Below are positions 34,450-46,400 of a DNA stretch of 64,000 nucleotides, piece after piece. This stretch comes from a virus: IMG/VR virus record IMGVR_UViG_3300044730_000313, positions 1 through 64,000 of that record. One strand, given 5' to 3'. The stretch's first letter is position 1; every line of letters begins with the position of its first letter. The position numbers were made by a program, and so were the translations under genes. The notes below the pieces were generated by a model that was given only the letters and a program-made list of their open reading frames with translations, was not told the DNA's origin and ran no database searches.

Positions 34450-37400
34450 TAACAGATTGATTTTAATAGTTTACCGATTTCTTTTGGTTTATATCCTATC
34501 TTCTCAAGAAGATCAGCATTGATATCGCTTATTAGATATTCTTTACCATCTTTAAGTTTCAGTTTACCAGAAGGTGTGGTAATTTTAGTGGCTGTTGTAG
34601 GTGTAGGAGACTGTTGTACAATATCATCCACCTTAATGTTCTGAGACAGAGCAGCAATGATGTCAGCATTAGGAATCTCGTTCTTGATTCTGAGCGTGTT
34701 ATTATCCACCACAGAAGGCTTGAAGTCTGTGTAGTATTCTGATCCAAAGGCTCCCTCACCATACAGGTTGATGAGCTTGTATACATACTTGTTCTCTATC
34801 TCGTTCTTGTAGTTCTTTACGCCAATTGTTACAGGTGTGCCATCTGGATAGGTAACCTTCTGGTAACCAAGGACTTGTGTAAGTATGGGATTACCAGCTT
34901 TTTTCATAAAGGCATATGCTTTACCAGAAACACCCACACCCTTTAGAACATCCACAAGTTCTCCTCCATTTTTGTTAGCCACTATCCTTCTTATTTTTAC
35001 GTAGTCACCACTATTGATAGCCTCATTGTCGTAGTTCTCGTCCAAATATAAGATTTTTCTGTCGCTTGACTTAATCTTAAGTGCTTCATTATTAGGGAAA
35101 ACAGGGGAGTAATATTCATACACTTCCTCACCAGCAATGTCTGAGAAGGTAGGTCTATCTGCAGTGGTTTTAAAGAACACCTCTCTTACGGGATAGAATA
35201 CATTATTATCATCCCAGTTGTTACGCTGGAACATTCCATCAGCAAATGCATCCATATCTTCTGTCACTTGTAGGCCTCCTATTACAGGAGCTACAATAGC
35301 ACTGTAGTCTTCAATAGGAATGATGTTCTTAATAGACACCCCTGTCTGGTATGTACCCTGAAGGATGGAGAGTGTAATCAGATCTTTGTAAAGCTGATTG
35401 GTCTTAGGGTTGTTTCTAAGTTCTCTCATCATACCAATGTACATGTTCTCACTAGCAGCATCCTTTACGTTAGCCATTAGCATCACTGTATGAATACCAT
35501 TGTCTCTATTAAACCTCACCTCAAGTTGTCTGAGGATTGGTAACTCATTGGCATACAACGTTTTAGCTTCAGCCAGACGTGTAGCTACAGATGTGTTAGC
35601 ATCAATAAGCAAAGGTTTGATTGCAGCGTTCAGACCTGTTTTGGTTTGAATGATGTAGTCTAAGAAGGATGCTCTTATTTTATTAGCTGTACGAGCATAG
35701 TCATCCTCAGACATATACTCTTTTCTCTTGTACTGATCAAGAATCTTGTCTGTAATACCTCTGAACCTATCTTGGTCTAATACAAAGATGGAACCAACAG
35801 CATCGTCAGACATATCAAGGATTCTCTTCTGTAGTCCGATGTGGGAGTTGTTGAGCACCTCTTCAGGAGATGTAAAGATGTTAGTCTCCTTAGCGATGTC
35901 ACTCTTCATAATCTTTCTACCCAAAGCATCAGAACTCTTGAACTTAGTAGTGTCAAAGTTGATGGCCTGTGTAAAGCTGAAATTATACTTGGCCATCATA
36001 GCCAGTCTCAAGAACTGGTCAAATATCAACTGCTGCTCAGCATTCTTCTTAAGGGTGCTAAGCTTACCGTTGTTTGCAAACTCACGAATGTTTTCTGCAA
36101 GTGCTTCTGTATCAATGGTTTTAGCCACCTCTACAGTTTGTTGATCTTTATCTTTAACAGGGAATCTGTTTCTGATGTTCTTCATGTTAGCAGCACGGAA
36201 CAATCCACGAGATCCTGTTCCTTCTACTAGCTCTAGGTATTGCTTAATAATGGGCTGGTTCATGAACAGAGCTGCTGTACGAATAGGAACACCAATTCTT
36301 TGCATGAGCATGAACGTACCTACAGCCTTATCACTTCTGATAATCTTCATGATGTAGGGGTCCTTAGCCACGTCCACAAAGGATGTGATGTATCCAGATA
36401 GACCATCAGAGATGTAGAGCTTGTTGTCTGCATCCATTACACCAGACATAGATATGTACTCTTTTCCATTGATAGTCACCTTGTTATGAGGTAACAGAAG
36501 AGTACCATCACCCAGAAACTTCTGGTCAAATGCAGGAGAGTCTTTTATTCTCTCAGGGTCCATGATCACTGTAACCTTCTGTGACAAAGACTGATTGGTG
36601 ATATTTACAGCACCAATACCCACCCAGCGCTTAGCAGTTAAGAACGCATGTCTAAGAGTGGCCATGTAGTTAGGATCAAGAATCTTATTCTTTACATCTG
36701 CTTCTCTATCATTAGTAAGATCTTCAATCTCTAAAGCAATTTCTTTCAGACCACCATCTCCTACAGGAGACAGCAAACGCTGGCGGTTCTCAGGAAGTGT
36801 AAGCAGCTCCTCAAAAGAGTCATAGTATTCATTCTCAAGGGAACGCTTGTACATATCCTCTACAAACTCTGTCTTAAGTTTATCGTTAAGGATTTTCTTT
36901 GTAAGCTTAGTTTTCTTATCTGCCAGATTCTCAACCTGTTGTGCAACGTATTCACTAGCATCCACATTAGCATCAGCAGCCTGTTTTACAATTTCTTTAA
37001 ACAGGTTTTTATGATTACGGAAGAAATCAATTTCTTGCTCATCCAACACTGCAGTGATACTTTCTGAAGAGTAGTCTTGTAAACCTTCCATCTTAAACAA
37101 CACATCATAGAGCTTGTCTCTAAACTCTTCAAATTTTTCTATTCTGTCAATTTCAGTTTGGATGGTATCCTCATACACCTTTGTAAAGAACTCTTTTGTA
37201 GCTTCCTCAGACCCTTTGTATTTAACCAGTCTAAGGTTACCTGTAGCATCTACATATACGTTTCTCAGGTAGGTGTTGAGTTTATCTATGTCAAAGTCAG
37301 ATCCTGCCTTGGTAACCAGCTCTGTTGGTACAATCACTGTATCACCCATGTATTGAGGGAGGAACCCTACCACCTTGAATGAGTCTATGGAAGACAAAGA

Positions 37401-40400
37401 CTGTGTAGGAATACGGAATCCAATACCTCTAAGTATCTTGGCACCATCAGGACTGTTATTAATGTAGTTAAGGAGTTCCTCTTCAGTTTTGAACTTCTTA
37501 GCAGCCAGCTTATCTTTAAACCAGTGAGGAAGTAACACCTCCATGTAAGGCTGATCCTTTGTATAGAACTTGAGGGTGTCACTTGTCATACGCACCTTCT
37601 TCTTCTTACTATCATCTAGTGCCTCATACGCTTCTCTAGATATCTTCTTCCACCCTTCATCAGTCTTTTGAACCAGGCTTCTTCCTTTCTCAGCATTCTC
37701 CCACATAGTTACAGGAGCCTGAACCAAAGGTTTACCACCCATTGATGGAGAAAGAATAGCCTTGTTAATCATCGAGTAGATGATATTTCTAATCTGTACG
37801 TAAGAAGGAGAAGCTTCAAAAGGAATGTTAAATTCATCTTCCTCATTAAGTCTCACTGTATCTTTGGCATTCTCAGAGAGCTCTCTACGGAACATCTCAT
37901 ATACCAACAGTTCAGATAGAGCTTGTTTATCTTCAAGAGTGAATCCCTGACCGTTATCTATAATACCCAGCTTCTTAAGCAAACGATTGTAGGCATTCAC
38001 ATGCATTCTATCTAGGTCTCTAACATTGCGTTTGTAGAGCTCCTTGATATATTCAGCACGCTGACCTGTAGCTGCAAACACCTGACCGTTAGCAAACAAG
38101 TCAATGCTAACAAGCTTAGTGGGCTGAGAACCACGGGTTTGTTCTTTACCCTCATCATAGATGTTCTCCACCTGAATACCATAAGCTTTCCAAGGAACAT
38201 CAACAAAGTTGTTAAATACTTCCTCGTTAAATGTACCATTAGGATTGTATAGATTGTGCAAGCCTTCAGCTCCGACCTTTCTTCCTGATTCTACGATAGC
38301 ATATCCATATCCTTGCTCCAACATTTGTATGTAGAACTTCTCCAAACTCTTTCCTTCCACCATACTATAGTAGATGGGCATCTGAGAGAACTTGTCCAAT
38401 ACCAGATTGATATTGTTTGCGTTGTATTTAACACCAGATACAATAGGCTTCAGCACCTCTAGTGTATATTTAGGAGAAGGTGTAGATGTAAGCTTCTCAT
38501 CGTAAGCCTTTAGTTCAGGACTACGATATGTATACTTACCCTTGGCAGCTAGCTTCTTTCTAGTGTAAGCCATTTGCCACTGGTGGAAGTTCTCAGCCTC
38601 ATCAGACCACTGACCATTCTTCAGCTTAATCTCTCTGAAGGTGTTATCCATTAACCAAGAGGCAGCATCAGCTTCCTTAATACCTACATACGCAGGAATA
38701 GTGTTAGCTAATACGCTAGCTATCTTAGGATCTACAAGAGTAACAGTTCTTGTATAAGCTTTGTGATTATAGTAACCAGGATCACCAGGCTGGAGCATAA
38801 TACCAGCCACCTCGTTCATATTGTCATTCAAGAAGTTATCAAACTCAGCCATGTCAAACGTAGTCTTACGTGGAGACAGGAAGCTCTTGATACGCTTAGT
38901 TTCGTCAAATTTACCATCCTCTGTAGAGAACTGTAGGGGATCACCAAAGAGCATCTTGTGATACTCAATGTTACTAATAGTGTAATTGGCAGTTCTGAAC
39001 AACAGAATTTGCTTTGCTACATCCTCTATAATAGGTTTGTTTTTATCAATCTTATTCTCGCGAGCAAACCCATTATCTAAACTCTCCCAAAACACACCAC
39101 CTTCAACATATGAAATCTGACTGTTACTTCTTAACAGGTTCATTGTTTTTGTAGCTATACCATCTATAAATGCAGCTACATCTTGATTGATTGATTCTTG
39201 GTTCTCGTTTACATACTTTGTAATCTCATCCATAGAAACTGACTTATCAGCTATCATGCTGTTTAGTTCGTTCAGTGTTTTAGGACGGAGGATGTCATTA
39301 AAAAAGCGCAGTTCTTTAGCTCTTTCTTTAACATTTTTCAGCTTGCCACGGTTCTTGAAGTCACGGGCTAGAGCAATGTCATCCATCAGATAACCCTTGT
39401 AGATTTTGTAGATCTTGTTCCAAGCCTTACCGTCTACAAACTCTTGATAACTAACTTGGTTACCCACATTCATCATCCATTCTGTAGAGCTATCTGCAGG
39501 GATGAGGATATAATAGTTACCATTTAGGTTCTGGTTTATTTCAAGAGACAGTCCCTCTCCAAGTCCAAGTTTGGAAATAGATTTACTATCACCAGCATCA
39601 CTATCATCTACCCCTTGGATGGTCATCACCTTGATCTCTCTGATTCTATTACCCTCTTTGTCAAAGTAGAGTCCACCCTTTTTCAGTATTTGAGAATTGG
39701 TAGAGAAGATATCTTTTAGCTCAGGACGTTTTTCAAGAAGTTCATCAAGTGTAGCAGACTCATTGAATTCATTTTCAAACACTGATGAAGTGTTGTTATC
39801 AATGTAAGCCTGCATTCTCTTTCTCTCAATACCAAAATAGGTGATGTCCTGGTTGGGATTGTTTGCATTTACATACAACCTACCCAGGGTGTTGAGTTGT
39901 GTGGTGATACCTAGTGTCTGGCCACTTATGCTAACCAGATCGTTTGCTTTCTGTAGGAAGGCACGAATGTCTTTTACAGCATTAGCAAACTGACTTTTCT
40001 GACTCTTGTCACCGCCATAAGTTTTTAGTTTCTTGTAGGTGTCCATATCAAAGGTGACACCAATCTGATTTAGAAACTCTATCATCTTTTTAGGAGACTC
40101 AATGGTCATCTCCTTAATCTTATCAACACTTGCTTTATATGTCTCAGTCTTAGCATTATAGAAAACAGCACCTTTATCTGTTCTAGCCAACACCTTCATG
40201 TTGGTCACCCATGTGTCAACTTGTTGTCTAGCAGCAGTTTGTATGTTTGCAGAGGTGGTGAAGGTTTGACCTCCAGCAACACGCTGCACCATAGCATCAG
40301 GTCTCTGTCTAGTGAAGGTTTGTATGAAGTTGATGAAGAATCTCCAATCTTCAGCTTTGAAGTTACCGTATGGAACAGACTTATCTTTCTTACCACCTAG

Positions 40401-43400
40401 ACGTGTGAACATGCGAACATAATCACTATCATTAGCAGCAAGCTCTATAAGCTTATCCATTGTATTATTCACCCCACTGGTGTTAGACAATCTCTCAAGA
40501 AGGGTGGCAAATGCTGTACTGAAGTTGAGTAGCTTATATCCCAGTACCTCTGGATCAATCTGAGCCTCAGGCATTTCTAGGGTGAGAGAGTTGCTCTGGT
40601 CCATAGCCTTAGCTTTGAACAGAGTGGCAAGAGTGAACTTAACATCAAATGAAGAGCTCTTTTTAACATCCACAGTGAATGGTTCTGGAGCGTAGTCATT
40701 CTTATTAGTTTCCTCGTTATTAAGACTCGGTCTATCTTCTATATCAAAGTTCACACCCATGGTGCGAAGCTTCTCTTTTGTTCTTTGTACAAGCGCGTTC
40801 CAACGAGCATCTCCAAGCTTGGTGCGTTTGTTTACACCAGTCCATCCTGGAGTTTCACCTTCCCTCAGATACATCTCTTCTACCTCTCCAAAGATTTGTT
40901 TACCAGTGAGTTTCTGTGGGCTATACAAAAACTTCTTTGCCTTGAGGAAGACTAGACCAGCAACCCTGGCTGTCATATCCTCAACAAACTTCTGGGCCTG
41001 TTGCTCAGACAGTCCTTCAATCTCCTTATACTCAGCAGCCTCATTCTTTACAGTGTCAGGGAGAACACTCTCCTTGAACTTACCCATATCAATTGCCTCA
41101 AACAATTGTTGCTTGAGTGTAGGCTTAGCGTTGAAGTTCTTAAAGAAGTTCATGATGGACCTAAAGAATCTGAGCATTAGTTCCTTAAGACTTCTAGCAG
41201 GAAGCTTACCCAGTCTGAAATCAGCAAAGTCATCAGCTATTCTTTCCTTAGCTTCTTTATCTGTAGCAGCAGCATACTCAATATCACGTCCACTAGCTCT
41301 ATCTCTAAAGGTGCCAGACTGACCCTTAAATTCATTTAGAAGATCTTGTCTTTCACCAGGAGACAGGAATCCTTTCCATATACCCTCAAAGATTTCATGG
41401 TATTCTGTACCGCGTGTAGCACTTCTGTAGAACTTAGCCACACCATTCTCGAACACACCCCAAGCTGTAATGTCTGGGTTTCTGCGGATGATGTTTTCTA
41501 ATATCTCAAAAGGAATACCAGGAACATTAGCAGCATGCCATTTCCTAAACTCAGCTAAGTCTAGGTTGTCTATCTTATCTTCTTTCTTCTCACCCTTAGC
41601 AATTACACGGAAGTCTGTGCTAGGCCCTGTTGTACCCTTATTGTTATAAGGTTGACCAGGTTTAGCTCCTTCTAAAGCAGCTAGTTCTGCATCATATTTA
41701 GCTTCTATTATCTCTTGAGGAGTAAATCTTGCATAGTGACTTCCACCCATTATTCCAACAGTAGATCCTTCAGGTAAATTTACTTCTAATCCATTTATAT
41801 CAAGCTCTGTTCTATTTCTTTCTTTTGAAACATATATACTATATCCTCTATTTCCTTCAAACTTCCATCCAAAATTATTTACAAAAAACTTACCTATTGC
41901 TTGTAATAAATCATTAGTAGATGAATGTCCTGAAAAAGCATCTCCTATTTCTTTTTTTAATGTATCAAGTTTAGCTAAATCTTGTTTTTTTCTTTCTTCT
42001 ATTTCAGCTTTCTTATCAGAAACAGGAGCTGCTGGAGATTTGTAGTTTATTTTAGTTACATCATTTCCCAAATGTGTGCTTCTATATTTTTCTCCATCTT
42101 TTTCAAACCTTCTTTGGTCAAATGTATTATAACCAATTTTTGGTTCTGTAGAGGCATCGATAGCAGCAAGTACTTTATCGTCTTTTATAATTGCAAGCTT
42201 TACATTTTTTCCTGCAACTTCAGAGTTTTTATTATAGATATTACCTTCAGCATCAATAACATATAGTTTCATTCCTCCTTGTCTATTCTGAGCAGATAAA
42301 AAGTCTTCCTCTTGATCAGAATTATCAAATTTAACAAAGACGATTAGTTCAGCAGGCTCATGTTTTTCATTTGCAGCTGTTTTAAATCTTTCAACTTTTC
42401 CATCAGGTAACACTGTATAAACACTTCCTTTAGAAGTTTCAAAGCTTTCTATATTAGAAAGATCTGTATTAGAAACAGGAGCTGCTGTTGGAGCTACAGG
42501 AGCTGCAGCAGGCTTTTCCTTTAGCTTCTGCCCTAATGATGTAGCAGCAACAAGGGAAACATAATCACCAGCAATCTCCTCATCTGTTTTTTCAACATCT
42601 CTTACAGGATCGTATATACCAAGTTCCTTAAGCTGTGGAACTATTTGATTATTGATGAGGTCTTTATTCTTTGCAATCCTGGCTAGTGTATCTTTAGTGA
42701 GTTGACTATCAACCAGTTCCACTGTTACAGAACCATTAGGTTCAACGCTTGCTGTAAATTCAACATCTCCAAACTCTTTTCTGAGAGAATATATACCAGT
42801 GGTTTTACCGTCTAGTACATAACCATCCACTGTAGGAACACCCTGAGCAGCAGCTTGTTGAGCAGGAGCTGTGTATTGTACATCCAACTCTAGTCCTTCC
42901 AACACAGCATATTTCTGCATGTAGGAATAAGGAATAGATGCTGTGGGTTTAGATACAGATGTGAATAGGGGAGTCTCTTTTACAGAACGTTTACTACCAT
43001 CAGGATAGCTAGCAGACAACAGATATGAGTTGTAGCTAGGCCATTCTCTGGAAGCAATTTGATCGTTCTGATCTATGAAGTATTCAGTGAACGCATAGTC
43101 ACTGAAGATAGTCTTGTTGTTTACATTAGAGAAGGTCTTTTGGAGTTCTTCCATTATCTCTGCTTCTCTATCAGCCACCTCAGATAGGGGTATATCCTTA
43201 CCTGCGATGCGGAGTTCCATGGTGTCAGGGTTGATGTACACCTGATTCTTGGAAGGACTCTTTCCTTGTTTCCAGTGCAGAACGTTCTGTAGGAAGTTTA
43301 CGTAAGACTCTTCTAGATTACTGTTTAATGCAAATCCTTTGGATAGCTCACTGAGTAGACGGAAGATTGTTTTAGCCTCAGCTTTGTTGAACGCCCTATT

Positions 43401-46400
43401 GTTTAGTACCTGTAGGGTGTCACCATATTGCAGGACAGGTGTACCTCTTAACACATTGACAGGCAACCCGTTATGTATAATCTCACCAGTGATTGATATT
43501 AAAATCAAACCCTTGTTACCCACCTTATCTTCAGGAACTAACACCTCACCTACATGGTTTCTCTCAAAGGTTAATATAGGTTTACCCTCAGCATTACGAA
43601 CAGGACTACCGTTCTCATCTAGGAGAGGAACATCATTTACAATTGGAATACCACGAGATATACGGAAGTCATAGATGGTGAATGCTGTAGCAGGAGCACC
43701 CATAAGTTGCTCTCTGTATTTAGCCCAAGCTTCTGAATAAGCCTTAGCCTCAGCCTCTTGACCAGCTCTGTAACGAGGGTTGCCCTTGCTATCATTGAGC
43801 TCAGGAGTGGGCATTGTTTGGAACACCACCTTGTTCAGGTCCACTTGTGTTCCCACCTCGTTCATAGGATTACCAGCCTCATCTGCAAAGAATAGCTTGT
43901 TGCCCTTTTGGACAACAAACACTTGGGCTATAAATCCTGTGTCAGGCTTTCTAATTGTTGCATTGAACTCTTTCAGTTCAGCCTCAGTCATCTTGGTGGT
44001 GTCCACCTTGTATGACAGAGCAGCCAGTCCTGTAAGTCCTAGACCAGCTTCCTGATTAGGTGTAACAAGGATGGCTTTAACATTAGCCCTGTTCTTGTTA
44101 TTCTTCACATTGTTCAGGAACCTTCTAGAACGTATAACATGGGGAGCTGACTTAGCAGGATCGTTATAAGTTTCTGATTCTGTAATACCACCAGTGAATA
44201 GAATAGACACCTCTCTTTTAGCAGGTTCTCTTTCACCAAACTCTTGAGAGGAGTCAATAGTGGTGACACCACCAGAGTTTTTCTCAATCTCATCTTGCTG
44301 ACGTGTAAGTTCTTCTTTCTTCTCAATCAGTTTCTCCTGAGCAGTTTGGATTCTTTCATACCCAGCCATTTGTGTAGGCTTGATATTTTGTATGTTACCA
44401 GCAAGGTCTTCCACCTTTATTGTACCATCCTCATTGATAGCCAACACCTTAACCTTCTGTAGGTCTTGGATGTTCTCATTCATATCCTCTGCAGCTTGAT
44501 CAGCATCCTCTTTATTACCATAGAATGTGCTCTCACCGAGTGGGGACACCACCTCATAGCGATCATCTGCAATCTTTGTCACCTTGGCCAGTTTGAGACC
44601 GTCCAACTGATATTCTCTATCTGTTTGAGGAATCTCTTTAAGACCTGCTTTATTTACAAACTCTAAAGGTTTTTCCTCAACTGCTTCTTCTTCCTCTTTC
44701 ACTTCTTGTTCTTCTACAGCAGCCTCTTGTTCTTCACTCATCTTTTCAGCCTGCTCAAAGAATTTGTTAAACCCTCCCTCGGTGGACAAAGCATCAACAG
44801 ACGCTTGAGCATCTTTCTTATGCTGTAAGAGTCCATTTATATCAGCCCCTAGTTTGTATATTTGTTCAATCTTATCTGAAGGAACTTGTTGATCCTCAAT
44901 ACTTTGCTGTCCACTTAGCTCAAAGTTAAGCAGTGTTCCAAAGGTTTTGAGGTCAAGATTGTTGTTATTAAGGGCAAGGTTGATACGCTCAGAAAGTGTG
45001 CGTAGAGTTTTAATTTGATTCCTAATAGACTTTTTATCTGCAGGGCTTGTGAACTCAGTAATGGTTTCTCCTAACATTTTAGCCTTCTGTTCGTATATGG
45101 AAGAAAGTTCCTTCAGGCCAGTTCTATTAGTGAGGGAAGATGCTGTGTTATTATTAAGGAGGGGATTGATTGCCACTAAGTCTTGCTCAATGTTTTTCAA
45201 TCTACCATCAACATCAGAAGCTACAGTGGAATAGTAGGCTAGGTTAGTCTTCCATTCATTTACAGTGTCATGCTTGAAGTTCTCAATAGCTTCCTCTTCA
45301 GTTTTAGGATCGTCGTAAGATACAAATGGATTTCTAAATGACTCGTTAATAGAGGTGATTGTACTGTTCATTTCGTTAGCCTTCTCAATCAGGCTATCTA
45401 CATAACTTGAAACAGTCTTCTTATTTGTCTCACTGAAGTCCATTCCAAAGGTCTTGGTGAACTCAGCCTCATTCAAATCTTTTAACATCTTTAGCTGCTC
45501 AACGGTTACATCATGCATCCCGTTTCTTGAGCGAGAGTTAACAAGATTGAAGAACATGTCGTGCTTCAGATTCTTGTATTTGAATACATTACCAGAATCT
45601 ACAGCATCTTGCATCTCTTGAGCAATACCCTTAGCATTGAGTGTATCAGAGTATTGATCTTGCAACATTCCTGTTATACCATATCTATTCAACAGATTAA
45701 CAGCACTTTGTAAACGCTCGTTATCTGTAGGAACACCCATAGCACGTTGAACTCTATTTGACATGCCACCCATGATAACAGAAGAGATACCCCCAATCAC
45801 CATGTTCTTCAAGCCTTCTGAACTAGTGAATTGTTCTGACAGTCCCTCTATTGTAGCAGCCATAACCTCATTAGTGGTTCTCCAGTTGTCTAGATTCCCT
45901 TCATCTTTGAGGTTCTTATACTTTCTTGTGTAGTAGTCAAATGTACCCTTCTCAGCAGCAAACTGTCCACCCTCTTCATATACACCCTCTGTAAGAACAT
46001 TCTTTAGGGTGGGTTTTACATAGTCCCAAACTTTACCTGTAGCGGTCTTTGCCACTTGTCTTTCAAACACATCCAGTGATCCTTCAGCAAGTCTTACACC
46101 ACCAGGTCCAACAGCTATGCCTCTTGCAGCAGCTCTTGCAGCAGCAGGAGCAGTGAATGCTCTAAGTAGGCTTCCATACTGAACAGCGTTTGAAACTGTC
46201 AGAAGCGCCATGTTAATTCCAAATCTTACATTCCTAGCATCAGCTGCTGTTTGTTTTATTTCTTCCAGATCAGCTCCTCCTGGAGACTCACCGTTATTTT
46301 TAGCTTTATAATCGTTAATTAAAGCTTCTGTAATTGTATGTTCTCCATCAGCAGCTTCAATAGCAGCTTCTGTTCTAGCAGAATTAAATAAACCTAATCC

